A DNA stretch of 63,228 nt, filler included, from Octopus bimaculoides (lineage: Eukaryota), in NCBI RefSeq assembly GCF_001194135.2. It is 3 parts of 3 records of this genome, joined end to end, with 100 filler letters (N's around TTAATTAATTAA, not from the genome) between each part and the next. Parts side by side here need not be neighbours in the genome. Positions count along the whole stretch, not along the records: positions 28,930 to 47,971 come from NC_068990.1; positions 48,072 to 63,228 come from NC_068992.1; 1 more part is not named here. One strand, 5' to 3'. A program made the translations under genes and the position numbers. Shown here piece after piece: positions 40,648-53,847 of the stretch. Numbering within the stretch: position 1 is the first letter of the stretch; each line of letters begins with the position of its first letter. The notes beneath the pieces are model-generated. The model saw nothing but the letters and a program-made list of their open reading frames with translations, was not told where the DNA came from and searched no databases.

Positions 40648-42827
40648 CTGATCAAAACATCGGGACTTAACTGGAGGTTTGTTTGTTAAACTATTTCCTT
40701 TTTGATGTCTACAACATTAACTTTGTTCTTCCTCAAACATTTTAAAATGTAGGAACGCCTATTGATGTGTAATTTTAATGAAATAAGACACCAGAACAAT
40801 TAAATAATTTCAACCTGTATTAGCGTAACTACTGAGAAAACAAAAATCTGTAATAGTTGTGTGGGCATCATTATCTGAGAAATGGTTAAGTGCAATTTTT
40901 TTTATGCTTCTCCACAGGTTAATCTTTAGCTCTAAATCAGCCGTGATGCAGTACATCTACGTCCGACAGATTTTCAGCTTTGACCTTCCCATTTCTTCTT
41001 ATAGAAGACGACATTGCTCTGTGTAGATTTCTTTATTATGGCCACACGTGACTTTAGAGGGTTTCGGCAACTACTTCTAGCAGGTTGAGCATACACATAA
41101 ATGTTTCTTTCTTGCTTATTTCAGATGTTATCAAAGAAGATCGGGCAGTCCATACGACTAGATCAATTACATTAGATTGGTCAGCTTCAATACATTATAC
41201 TGCAAAAATAACACTTTGAGTAGGGGTTGGAGAAATCCTAAACAAAAATTATGAGTAATACAAATATCTCATTACCAAATTGTCTTATTCAAGAATCATT
41301 GGTAATTATTTTATTAACAATTATTTTAGTCTTAGCGTTTGATTTCATATTCGAGCATTACTTCAATAGATCTCCCAAATATATCTTCTTTCTGTAGTTT
41401 TTTTCACAAAATATGGAAAGTCTTTCCGATGCAGACTATCACCAGTTTTCTTGAATCCTTTTAACCTTATATATCTTCCTCTATCTATATTTAGCATGAA
41501 CTGATCTGTCATGATTCATTTCTGTAATTTCAATTTAACTAGTTTTCATTAAACCATTAAAGAAAGGAAATAATCAAATTGAGAAAATGTTTAATTATGA
41601 GCTCCGGCATATCTGAACACGTAAGACTTGCATTGAAATCTCTCATCTTAAATCTCTTGCCTCATCATTCATACTAATATACCAAAATCAAAATTTAATA
41701 TTCTGTAAGACATAGGAAGGTGGCTTACTTCGTTAAACTTGGTAAAAATTTACGCGTTTGTCGTAACTTAGTATTTGCAAAACTTCAAAGGAAATATCCA
41801 ACGACAAAACAAGAAAAACGTTCCATACTTACGACTGCTGAGCTTGGATATGTTCGTATTCAGATGCGGCTCAAACCGTTTGCAAACTGCTTCGTATTCA
41901 TCATTGAATCAAGAAGAAACATACTAGAAATGTATATTTATTTCCTGCTTGGTTAGGCACAAATATTTCATATATTATTAACGTAATAAGTGAGAAAATG
42001 TGTCCAACTGGATATTAGAACTATTTTGCAGCCTGATACTGCCTTGGAAAGCACTTATCTCTAGCTTATAGTCATGCTATATACTAATTTCGAATAGTTT
42101 AAGGAGTGAGAGAGCTGCAGAAATTGTAGACTACTTGAAAAATACATTGTATAATATATTTATGTCAGTTTCTGCAGTAAGTTCACGATATACATGGATC
42201 AAGTTTGACTTACATCACTGAATGGTCATTAGAATAACTAGCTGTTTATACTGAAAACAAGGTAATCAATATCACTCTCTTATAATTCATGACAGGTGTG
42301 TATATTTGGCAAATCAATATTTGGTAGCTTTTCAGAGCATAAGAGTTAACACCTGAAAAGTAACTAAAGTATATTAGCATCATATAATACGTTCTTTCTT
42401 ATTTTCTTTTTAACCAACTAATGTAAGAGAAATATAAATTAACAAAAGCGTCTCGTGAAAAGTGAAAAAGTGAGAAAAGCGAGAAGAGGTGGAATGAGAA
42501 ACGAAAGCTCTCACCAACAGAGAAGCGAAAGGTGGGTCGAATGTCTGCAATCTGTGACTATGGCTACTTTGAAGTAATCAACATATTGTGGGCACTACTT
42601 TGTTGCACTTTGCGGCTTAGTCATTCCTTTGAAGTTATTGAGTTATTGTCAACGAATATCGAAAGTATACGCAAGTAAAAAGAAAAGCACACACAAATAC
42701 ATGCAGAGAGTGAGAGAGAGAGAGAGACAAAGACACATATAGACACATATAGACACATATATAGACATATATATCTATGTTTATATACATATATATACAT
42801 ATATATATATACACGGACGGACACACC

Positions 42828-42879
<52 letters not shown>

Positions 42880-42890
42880 NNNNNNNNNNT

Positions 42891-42940
<50 letters not shown>

Positions 42941-43182
42941 TAAATACGCATGAGCTTATATAAATATCCCCTGAAGAATGTTACACTTTATAAAGATTTG
43001 CCAAAATTAATTATCAAATATTATATTCTTATAACAATTGTAGGTAGCTTTAACGTAAAAGTATAACTTGGCATAATTTCTAAGAGGTGTTTATCTCCAT
43101 AATTTCTGGGAGACTTTTAGCTTCGAGATATGAAACTAGCTTAACGAAATTAATGCCATATGTCTTTACCGCTTTTCCATAC

Positions 43183-43270
43183 CATTTCTTATGCCTGAGC
43201 GCTGGCAGGCTTCAGACAGCAAAACAAGAGAAAGAAGTAATGGACATAAATTGTTGAATGTATAGCGCAT
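43183..43270 (-). CDS. Candidate exon 1 of an unnamed secreted protein (signal peptide)
   Basis: ATG at 43270 gives MRYTFNNLCPLLLSLVLLSEACQRSGIRN (basic n-region, Leu-rich h-region, S-E-A|C cleavage-like site), then donor AATG|gtatgg (phase 1). Confidence 0.42.
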
Positions 43271-43926
43271 AGTATCAAAGAGCACGATGTAATAGCCCAG
43301 GCGTAATGTTCTGTTTTCACCATTTTATTTATACATGTGAAGACTATTGTGTTTACATCATTTAATATCTAATTAATTGTACAGCCAGGATTTACAGCTA
43401 AATTTATGTAGTAGATCATAACATAAAACCTTTGCATTAGGAAATGTACAGTACTAAGCCATGTAAGAAATTATTGAGATATGATACTAATTGAATCTTT
43501 ATTTTTTACCGTGATAGCCATGAAGTATATGCTCATTTTCTTCACTGTAAATTGCATGTAAACACATATTGATAAACACATCTCCGTCGCCTTTGACAAT
43601 GAGAATTCACATGGACAACTATTGACGTGGATACCCATTGAGTGTGCAAATGCCTGAATAATACACAGATTTGAAGTAGATATAACTTAATCCTGCGATG
43701 AAAGGCGTATGTTATCCCAAGAGTCAGACCGTGCAACGCTTAAGTTACTGCCCAATTCCTCACACAAGGCTTGGGTCAACCGAAAGCTATAGAGCTACGA
43801 TAAAAGGGACCTACAATAGATCGAAATCGGGAACATGTGATTGGGAAACGATCGTCTTAGCAATTGGGCCATATAGTGTTCGTCCTCGCACGCAGGTGCA
43901 CGCACGAACACACACACATGTCTATA

Positions 43927-43994
<68 letters not shown>

Positions 43995-44196
43995 TATGGG
44001 GAACAGACAGACTGAGAGATAGAGATAAAGGGATAGATTGATATAGATACATATATAGTATATATACAGGGTACGATAGTTAAATTGTTGCCATTTTATA
44101 GCTCTCCTTTCACGCATGCACATTCCCTGTTTTTGATTTTGTCGACTGCATAGTATACTAGGATCGGTTGGGCACGTCCGTGATTAAAACAGCACC

Positions 44197-44522
44197 ATGA
44201 AGCGATTCACTCTGCCAGAAATGTGGAAACGACATGCTGTACTGCTTGGCACTCGCGCCGGAAGCTCCCATACAAACATTTTCGAGTGTTTGGGTGTCAA
44301 CCTGATGACAGTGCAATCTGAGGACATGTACTGAGAGTGATAAAAATCAAACATCTAGTCAACATCATGGTCTTTAGAGCGATCACTAGTGACGGCGATG
44401 TTACGCTTACATTCATCTTCCCACACGGCCTCAGACTCAACACCGTGGCCAACATCAAGTGCATGGGGAAGGTAGTGCTGCTCTGGGTCTAGAAGGTGGC
44501 TACTGGAAGAACCTATGTCTGT
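44197..44522 (+). mobile_element. Internally deleted Tc1/mariner-superfamily transposase fragment (maT/DD37D-like)
   Basis: MKRFTLPEMWKRHAVLLG..., then IKHLVNIMVFRAITSDGDV..FIFPHGLRLNT..IKC...VVLLWV.KVA.GRTYV, resembling KHP..VMV.G.I.SDG...P..F...LRLN...Y motifs. Subfamily assignment is from memory. Confidence 0.65.
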
Positions 44523-44891
44523 TCTTTGTTTTCTTTCTTAATGTCTTTCAGGCTAAAGTGTGGAACAAGATTTTTAACCACATATTAAACATTCGTTCTA
44601 TCAAATTCTCTTGTTTTCTCACATTCATCACTGACGCTAGCTATTGCATATGGCGTTATTCGAGAACAGTCGAGGAGCTGAGTTTGGGAATTTGCATTTC
44701 CTTTTATTTTTTATTTCTTCCATTGCTGCCACTCATTTCCGAATTATTAATTTTATCTTTTTTGAAATTTGTCAATATTATTTCTTTGGTTAGTAGACGA
44801 TCGTGACCATAATTTCAACTTCAGGTTTGTTGAAAACTGAGACGAATGAACTTCAACGTGATCGTTCAGTGTGTCTGGTACGGTAGACAAA

Positions 44892-46097
44892 TATTGGGTT
44901 GGAACATGTTCAGTCGGCTTTTGTGGACACTAAACTTCAAGCACCCTATTAAGTAGGTAACTTCGTTCTGTTCCGTGTGCATTCCCACTAGTTACATACT
45001 TGGCCTTCCAATGTAGCTCAACGCAAGCGTGCGACGAGACAGGCTGTATTTTGTGTCCTTGTGTTCATTCTAGAAACGGAGAAATTATCGACACCTCGCG
45101 GTTTTTAATATTTTAAGATAGCGAGGAAAGCGGCGGAAATCTGCAGTAAAATATGCGGTAAGTACGTAGAGGATACTGTTTCGGAGCTTGTGTGCCAGAC
45201 GTGGTTTTCAAGATTTTGATCGGGAAAGTTCTCGGTTCAAATTGCACTTCGCTTCGGCCAGCCAAATGGCCAGCGGCATCAAATGTTATACGAGCATGAT
45301 GATCGCAAATATTTCCCAAGTATCTAAATCATCTGTATCAACTTGGTTACGCCAGCAGGCTAAATATTCGTGACCCATATCAATTGAATGAGGCTAATCT
45401 TGCCCAATGGATTTCCATCTGCGATTCGTTGCAGAAAGATGAAAAAACAAAAGCGATCTTTTTTTTAAAACAATTATGACTGAGGACGAAAAATGGACCG
45501 TCTGTATTGCGAAGCATAACTGATCGTGGGGAAAACGCAGCAAAACTACAAGCAACCTCCAAAGCAGGACTTCACCTGAAGTAGGTTATGCTTTCAATTT
45601 AATGGGATTGGAAGGATACTAAGTTTCACGTGCTTCTTCTCACCGACAGAACTGTCAATTTGGATGTGTTCTGAAACTAGCTGGACAAATTAAACGCAGT
45701 GATCTACCAGAAGATTTTAGGAATTGCTAATTGTAAGGGTATTTTCTTTCATCACGACAATACCAGACAGTACACGATGCCGACGCGATAGAAGTTATAA
45801 AGTACTGACTTGGAGGTTTTGACGCACCTTTCATACTTGCTCGACCTTGAGCCTTCAGATTTCTACCTGTTTCGACTGAAAAGGATGTAAAAATGCACCT
45901 GGAAGAGTTTTTCGCGAGTAAAGACAGGAAATATTTTGAACAGGAAAAATGAATCTGTCCCAAAGATGGCAAAAGATACGGGAACGAAACGATTATTGGA
46001 GCAGTGATTAAATAAATCGCTTTGTGTTCAAAACTTGTATCTTACTATTGCTTAAGAAAACAGAACGGACATTTTGATCAATTTTTCTCAAATTATA
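44892..46097 (+). mobile_element. Near full-length, heavily decayed mariner (D,D34D type)
   Basis: Starts TA-TTGGGTTGG. Broken frames give IMTEDEKW (TGDEKW), FFHHDNTRQ (HDNARPH), HLSYLLDLEPSDFYLF (YSPDLAPSDYHLF) and LEEFFASK. Right end approximate. Confidence 0.85.
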
Positions 46098-47345
46098 TCA
46101 TACTTCCTGAAGTGAACAAGAGATTGCCTAATATTGTTGTACGCACAATATGTTTAAAAAATGTCAGGACGAACATCACTAAAATGCCATTGATCAAAGG
46201 TTTACTCAATCAGGTCTAACTTGAGGCTAAAAAAAAGTAACTTAGATCTAAATAGTCCAATTACACACAAGAAATCATAATCGAAGCAAAATATTTGAGT
46301 TATAAGTTTCTAGTTACTATGTAGAAACGCTGCCAACCATTTCTTTTAGATCTTCATACGATTAAATATATTTGCTTACATATCGACAAATACATATAAT
46401 CTAGTTCTATTTATCAAATACCAGAAGTGTAGTTTATAAAGTCCCTCAGCTAAATAAGATTTGAGTTTATAATAATACTATGAATCCCTTTTTCATCAAC
46501 CAAGTTATTTTTTTATTCCTAATACTTCATTTTTACTGTATATAATAATTCCAAAGCTATGTTTCAAATATGTATATGTGTGTGCGCATGCGTGTGTGAG
46601 CCTTCGTGCATGTGTGTGTGTGTGAATTGCCTGGATAGATAATCAGCTTGAAATGATATACTAAATAATGAACTCTTTCAAAGCCGTACATATTAGCACT
46701 CTCAGCAACACATTTTTTAATAAGATTTACTTTGAAATAGAAAAAAAAATCGAGGGTTTTAAATTCCGATTTTCTTAAATCATAACAAAAAGTGGCCATT
46801 TTGTTTTTAAAATAAAAAAATAAACAATGTTTTAAATTCCAATTTTCGTATGTTATGAAAAAAGATCATGTTTTTTTTTTCTTATTCTGTTATAGCTATT
46901 GCATATATCCCAGTAAGTAGGGAGAAAGAGACCTCGATGAAATGAACATGAAAGTGAATGAACACAAAAGTAAAAGTAGAATAGACAGGAAAAGAGATCA
47001 GATAAAGAGAAAAACATTAATTAGGAGAGAGGGAAGGCAACAGGGTGTAAAAGACGAGTGTAGGTCTATGCATGCAGAGGGAGAATATTGATGGTATCGA
47101 AATGTTCACACTTTTATTGCTATCTCTACTGTCAGCACATCTAAACAGTTATTAGATGTTTAAGAGTCGTAGATTCAAAATGTGCAAGTATTTCTTCTTT
47201 CATTTATGGGCCTTTACCTTTCGTTCTCACCACATACATAGTGCTCCAACGCATCATTTATTGAATAATAGCTATATGCATATATATGTGTCTGTGTGTG
47301 TGTGTGTGTGTGTGTATGCATGAGTGTGTAGAAAGGAATAAAGAC

Positions 47346-47418
<73 letters not shown>

Positions 47419-47971
47419 GCATTTAATATACACTATAAAGTAGTTGGTCCTTAAGCCCCTCTGAATTCTTAATAGTGTAATCCCCGTAGTATAAACCCAT
47501 AACAACGTGTTGATCTTACTTTAACGGAACTGTAAATTATGTATCTCCAACACGTGGTTTTCAACTGCAAATTCATAATCTACAATTGCTTAGCGTGACA
47601 ACTACATGAAGATGAGTGTCTCTAAGGATTCACACGTTATTATGGATCTATACCACATGAGTTGCTCCATTAAAATTAACTCAGAGATTAGAAGATCAAG
47701 TGAATAATACAGTGTACGTTAACTGATATTTATCTCTCTCTGGATGTAGTACTTTTTCTTGGCCTTACCTCAACAGAAAAGAAATATATATCCGGCCGCC
47801 TACACTTTTTTCTGCAAAATAGGTGTAGCTTATCATGTTCAGGCTATATTATTAGCATTATCCTGCGTCTGAGAATTTAAAATCACTTCTTTAACTTTCT
47901 AAGACATCTCAACACTTCTAAAAGCAAACTGTGTCTGTTTGTTTACGTTCATCGTAATTTGAATTATATAT

Positions 47972-48071
47972 NNNNNNNNNNNNNNNNNNNNNNNNNNNNN
48001 NNNNNNNNNNNNNNNTTAATTAATTAANNNNNNNNNNNNNNNNNNNNNNNNNNNNNNNNNNNNNNNNNNNN
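47972..48071. other. Synthetic 100-bp scaffold spacer (44 N + TTAATTAATTAA + 44 N)
   Basis: Same as 28830-28929. Confidence 0.9.
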
Positions 48072-48112
<41 letters not shown>

Positions 48113-48494
48113 GTGTATATATGTATGTGTGTATATATATATATGTATATATATATATATGTGTGTGTGTGTATATATATATATGTATGTGTATATATAT
48201 ATATATAAAATTAGTGCCGTTGTTTGTCAACAACAACTATATGAAGTTTTAAAGTGTTTCGGTAGAAAACACACTTAATAAACACTAAATAAAAAGTGGC
48301 GCCCACCAAATCAGAAAGATCCCACACGTGCGAAAAAAATATGTTTAATTAAACTAGGAATCCCGCACCTAAATAATACTCACCCTGCCCTAATTACCCA
48401 ATGAAACTAACCAATCTACCAAACCTCTACACCCATATCGATGATGATGATAATATATATACATACATATATACATACATATATATATGCATTC

Positions 48495-48527
<33 letters not shown>

Positions 48528-48562
48528 TATATATACACACACACATATATATATACATACAT

Positions 48563-48613
<51 letters not shown>

Positions 48614-49099
48614 NNNNNNNNNNNNNNNNNNNNNNNNNNNNNNNNNNNNNNNNNNNNNNNNNNNNNNNNNNNNNNNNNNNNNNNNNNNNNNNNNNNNNNN
48701 NNNNNNNNNNNNNNNNNNNNNNNNNNNNNNNNNNNNNNNNNNNNNNNNNNNNNNNNNNNNNNNNNNNNNNNNNNNNNNNNNNNNNNNNNNNNNNNNNNNN
48801 NNNNNNNNNNNNNNNNNNNNNNNNNNATTCCTCCATGGCAAGATTTAATTTGTGTACACAAATTTAATTTGCGGTCCATGGGAAGAGCTGTTTTAACGAT
48901 GCGTCCTGCCTAGCTCTTCGAAACGCCGGTGTTAAAACGGAGGTAGCTGATGAAGTAGAATGTTCTCTATGTGGCTTGTGTGTTTTCTCGTCTCTGTTTT
49001 GTTTGCAATGTCCTGTACCCAGATATGCACCTATACATACAGGTGGATGTCGGTATGCACATACCTGTACATATATATGCATATACTCATTTACTATTT

Positions 49100-49133
<34 letters not shown>

Positions 49134-49379
49134 ACAAAAATGGAACAAAAACGCAAAAGAGGGCATCAAAACGCTCGGACAGATAGATGAAACAAAAGTG
49201 GACAAAAGAAACAACAATCAGAAGGACAGGCAAAAAAAGACGGGTCATATATGTACACACATAAACACACTCACATACAGAAATATATATACATACGACT
49301 ACGATGGTCTTCTCAAGCACAGCATATTGCTCAACAATTAAAAGTACCCTTCAATCGTCAGGCAATATACTCTGCTTGA

Positions 49380-49895
49380 GAGACCTGTTGAGTCAAGTGA
49401 AATCATAGTTGTGGCCAATGCCAGTGCCGCCCGACTGGTTTCCATGTTGGTGGCACATAGAAAACACCATTCAAGCATGGCTGGTGCCAGTACCGCCTGA
49501 CTGGCTTCAGTGCTGGTGGAAAGTAAAAAGCACCATTCGAGTGTGGTCGATGTCAGTGCTGCCTGACTGGATCCCATGCCGGTAGCACATAAAAGGCACC
49601 ATTCAAATGTGGTCAATGCCAGTGCTGCTTGACTGACTCTTTTGCTAGTGGCATGTAAAAAGCACCATTCAAGTATGGCCAGTACCAGTGCCGCCTGACT
49701 GGCTTCGATGCCAGTGGCACATAAAAAGCACCCACAGAGTGGTTGGCGTTGGGAAGGGCATCCAGCTGCAGAAACCTTGCCAGATCAGATTGGAGCCTGG
49801 TACAGCCTCCTGGCTTGCCAGTCCTCAGTGAAACTATCCAACCCATGCCAGAATGGGAAGTGAACATTAAATGATGATGATGATGATGATGATGA
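49380..49895 (+). mobile_element. RTE-type 3' tail element containing five 66-bp tandem units
   Basis: Units start at 49411, 49477, 49543, 49609 and 49675. Followed by ggttggcgttgggaagggcatccagc...acccatgcc...aaatgatgatgatg. Confidence 0.8.
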
Positions 49896-49911
49896 CATAT
49901 ATATAGATATA

Positions 49912-50163
49912 CACACGTGTTTGTGTCATCTTGTCTTGACATCACATAATAGTTGTAAATGAACATCACCGTCATACAAATAGTGTCATTCATTTCTGTC
50001 AAAAACATGTCTAGTCAGGGGGAAATATTATCTTACTTGGAAACAGGTGAAGGTGAGTGACAACAAGGGCACCTAGCCACAGAAAATCTACCTCAATGAA
50101 TTCCGTGTGACCCATTGCAAACGTGGAAAAGTGGACAGTTAAAACAAAGTTGATGATGATGAT
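49912..50163 (+). mobile_element. Short element with a different 5' part and the same RTE-type tail
   Basis: Homologous by eye to 54628-54870. Ends gcaaacgtggaaaagtggac...(gat)n. Confidence 0.65.
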
Positions 50164-50855
50164 CTGTTGTCAACCAGAATTCCTCTCATTTTTATCCACA
50201 CAATGTCCATATATATTGGTAGTTATAGACAATAGCATACATTGACGCAGTGAGAGGAAGTGAATAGACAGAGTGTCCTGTCTAAAACTAAGTTTAATAT
50301 TAATGCATACAAGAAAACTGCTAAACTGAAAAACTGGGATGAAGTGAGAATATACCCAAGTAATCAGTAGACAAAAACTCCCTTTAGGAATGTTGAAGAT
50401 CCAAAAACAAAAATACGAGAAACAAAGGAGATAACTCCAAGATGATGTCAACAAGACATTGAAGGCAGTTTTAAAGACAATAAAATCCATTTTCAGTGTG
50501 AATCTTTTTAATGAGACCAGACATTAATAATATTTATGGAAATATCAGATTTAGATTCTTTATTTCCAGAATAATCCATCATGGTTATTGGTAAAGTTCT
50601 TTGATAGAATGTTTCACAGTATCTGTTCCAATTCTCTGGGACCTGAGTTCAACATTACCTTTCAGGGTCGATAAAGAAAAAAAAAGGACCACTTTGAAGT
50701 GTTGGATGGATGTAACTTTTACAGAGTTGGGTAGATACCTGTGACAATATTGGTGCCCAGTAGCATCAGACCCTGTCAGTGGCCTTTTCCTTGGATGAAC
50801 ATTGGTGGATTGAAGAGGGGAAACTAGTATGGGTGAGCAACTGGCAGCCTATATA

Positions 50856-51076
50856 TACGAGGGGCTACTGCAAAGTATCTGGCTTTAAGGGTATCACAAA
50901 AGGCCTGTTTGGAGGCCCAACCTTCCAAGTTCTTTTACAGGGCTTAGAAAAACTGAAGGACTGCTGCAATAAGTGTGTGAATCTGAGAGGAGAATATGTT
51001 GAATAAAATCACAATTAACTGACTCTCCTCTATTTCCTTTTACTCAAAGCCCGGAACTTTTCAGTACCCCCTCATA
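50856..51076 (+). mobile_element. Mariner-derived MITE (~220 bp)
   Basis: TIRs TA-cgaggggctactgcaaagtatctggcttt and aaagcccggaacttttcagtaccccctca-TA. The interior keeps the transposase C-terminus GLEKLKDCCNKCVNLRGEYVE*. Confidence 0.85.
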
Positions 51077-51337
51077 CACAGTCAACCATGATTCATTGAG
51101 GATCACTCCTGGCATTACAAGCAATCATGAAAGAATATCAAACATAGGTGAACATATTGAAAGATGGCGAGGTGTAACAAATAGACGCTGAAGGTTTTAA
51201 CTCAGAATTGTTGATGAATGAGAAGGATGTTGCATTGTGTAAGGTCTTTGATGTGTCAAGTAAACTATATCAGAGTGTTGTTGAATGAAACCAGATTTCA
51301 AATCTCTTACATCCCCTCACAACAATAGATTTTCAAG

Positions 51338-51377
<40 letters not shown>

Positions 51378-51631
51378 CAGACCACTGGTAGCAAATAAAA
51401 TTTCTAAAATTTTTATTTTGCTGCCCTGATATTTATTAAAAATGATAAAATGTTTTTTTTGGCTAATTTCTGAAAGAAAATCGGCATTTTTTAATATTTG
51501 CTGCCAATTAGAAAAACCGCACATACGCGGGAGATATGAAAAAATTATAGCATATAAGCACAAAACATGTTTCTATGTAGTGTCTCGTGTTTATATGTTA
51601 ATCTTGGCTTTTCCGCTGATAATAGCTGGCC

Positions 51632-51985
51632 TTCATCATCGTTTAACGTCTGCTTTCCATGCTAGCATGGGTTGGACGATTTGACTGAGGACTGGTGAAC
51701 CAGATGGCTACACTAGGTTCCAATCTGATTTGGCAGAGTTTCTACANNNNNNNNNNCTACACTAGGTTCCAATCTGATTTGGCAGAGTTTCTACAGCTGG
51801 ATGCCCTTCCTAAAGCCAACCACTCCCAGAGTGTAGTGGGTGCTTTTACGTGCCACCGGCACGAAGGCCAGTAAGGAGGTACTGGCAACAGCCACGCTCA
51901 AAATGGTTTATTTTACGTGCCACCTGCACAGAAGCCAGTCCAGCGGTATTGGCAACAAACTCGCTCAAATGTCTTTTCACGTGCT
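51632..51985 (-). mobile_element. RTE-type 3' tail element (same family as 49380)
   Basis: catcatcgtttaacgtc..tttccatgctagcatgggttgg...ctggatgcccttcctaa.gccaacc and ~2 copies of the tandem unit. Confidence 0.8.
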
Positions 51986-52164
51986 AAAAATAGCTTGAAA
52001 CCATTGGTTCGGAAAATAGATGGTAAATGTTTTTATTTTTCATTCCCTTTCGAAATTATCCCTAATTGTAGTTTGGAGTTTTGACTGCTTCTTCTAGCGG
52101 GTTAGATGTCCTATTATGGACATATCTCTGATGTGTTTAAAAATATATATATATATTATAAGGT

Positions 52165-52504
52165 GCAGGCAGGGCTGCGTGGTAAGAAGCTTGCTTCTCA
52201 ACCACATGGTTCCGGATTCAGTCCTACTGCATGGCACCTCAGGCAAGTATCTTCTACTATAGCTTTGAGCCAACCAAAGCCTTGCGAGTCAATCTGGAAG
52301 AGGAAAACTGAATGAAGCCCATCATATATATGTATATATGTGTGTGAGTGTGTGTGTCTGTGTTTGTCCCCCACCACCATTGACGAGGAATAGAATAAGT
52401 ACTAGGCCTTAAAAAAATAAGTCTTGGGGTTGATTTGTTCAACTAAAACTCTTCGAAGCAGTACCCCAGCATGACCACAGTCAAATGACCGAAACAAGTA
52501 AAAG
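52165..52504 (+). mobile_element. Family-B SINE
   Basis: Head ggctgcgtggtaagaagcttgc...ttccggattcagtcc through tail gtcaaatgaccgaaacaagtaaaag. Confidence 0.85.
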
Positions 52505-52810
52505 ATGTAAAAAGAAAGATATAGAAGTGATCCATTCCTCATGGGAAGTGTCTAAGCTGATAGTGAATAATGATTGAGTACAGAAGGTTAATGAAGAGTA
52601 AAGAGTAATAGATTTGCATTGGTTTAGGAGATGAAAAGTAACAACACGTAGGGTTGGTAGGGGATTAAAAGGGTGGATATAGCAGAGTTGATAAAATGAA
52701 CATCAGAAAGATCTTCTGAAACATGTTAGAATCAAGTAGTTCAATACAAATACTTCAGATTTAAGGGTTGAAAAATTTGTGTCCCTAAAGTAAAGATTCT
52801 CTATCTAGGT

Positions 52811-53230
52811 CAGTGGGTCCCAACCTTTTTAATATCTGGACCAGATCCAAAACCTGGATTTTTTAGAGGCTGCACCAGAAAAACTAAAGCACAAGTCAAC
52901 TAAAAAAAATTTATATTTATTTCTTTATTGCCCACATATTGCTAAACATAGAGAGGACAAACAACATCAGATAAAGGGATTAAGTCGATTACATCAACCC
53001 CAGTGCATAACTGGTACTTATTTAATCAACCCCGAAAGGATGAAAGGCTAACTCATCCTCAGCAGAAATTGAACTCAGAACATAACAGCAGATGAAATAC
53101 TGCTGAGCATTTCACCCGGTGTGCTAATGTTTCTGCCAGCTCACCACCTTAAATTTATTATATTTATAGAGAGAAGACCATTGAGGACTGCCGGAAGGAT
53201 GCTTGAGGGCCACATGCTTGAGAACCGCAG
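52811..53230. mobile_element. hAT-like non-autonomous element with a nested SINE
   Basis: Ends cagtgggtcccaacc and ttgagaaccgcag resemble CAGTGGTTCTCAA-type hAT termini. Flanks atctaggt/atcaagag are a 5/8 match to an 8-bp TSD. SINE inside at 52966-53148. Confidence 0.45.
52966..53148 (-). mobile_element. Family-A SINE nested in the hAT-like element
   Basis: gtcgattacatcaaccccagtg...ccgaaaggatgaaaggc...gaactcagaac...tctgccagctcacc. Confidence 0.8.
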
Positions 53231-53398
53231 ATCAAGAGATATACAAATGATTTATCAATGTCATGGGCAAAAATTTTGTTTCCATCAAAATCATTTTACG
53301 AGGGAATAGGGAGACAATCTGTCAGCGGTGAAGGAGGTGAGTAAAAGGTCCAGTAATATGAAGGGTGTAAAAATTTCTCTTCTGAAGAGGAAAGATTG

Positions 53399-53719
53399 AT
53401 GAGTTTAATGTGGCACTCCATCAGTTACAACGATGACAGTTACAGCTGATCTGATCACCAGAACAGCCAGCATGTGAAATTAATGTGCAAGTGGTTAAGC
53501 TCTCCACAGACAAGTGTACCCTTAACATAGTTCTCAGAGAGATTCAGCATAACACAGAATATAAGGCTGGCCCTTCTTTAATTACAGGTTCAATTCATTT
53601 TTTCCAGCTGAGTGAACAGGAGCAATGTGAAATAAAGTATTTTGCTCAAGGACACAACACATCGCCAGGAATTGAACTCATCACCTTGCAATCATGAGAT
53701 GAATGTCCTAACCACTAGG
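53399..53719 (-). mobile_element. tRNA-derived SINE with family-C 3' half and a different middle
   Basis: Reverse strand: tRNA head, tgtgtccttgagcaa core, then the same ...agaactatgttaagggtacac...ggagtgcca tail as 29517. Confidence 0.75.
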
Positions 53720-53847
53720 TTTAATGTACACAAGAACTTAGAATCTAATTGTCTGAGGTTGACAGAAAAGACACTGTCCAGATTGGTTATTTTGTAGGGC
53801 TCAAAGAAGCTTACAAAAAGGCAAATGCAGTTAATGAGTTTGTATTC

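Noticed and set aside
41125-41220. Plus-strand acceptor followed by VIKEDRAVHTTRSITLDWS (FN3-like strand)
   Set aside because: Stops after ~30 codons and the resemblance covers only a few residues.
43510-43600. GDGDVFINMCLHAIYSEENEHILHGYHG, a possible phase 1-1 exon
   Set aside because: Weak acceptor and no recognisable family.
47765-47840. MISYTYFAEKSVGGRIYFFSVE followed by a gtaagg donor
   Set aside because: Isolated, with no partner exon or homology that I can recognise.
49411-49732. CRISPR-like array
   Set aside because: Contiguous degenerate 66-bp tandem units with no unique spacers, inside a eukaryotic retroelement tail.
50170-50490. Hydrophobic 106-aa ORF as a possible PIGO transmembrane exon
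   Set aside because: No PIGO motif that I recognise and no convincing splice boundaries.
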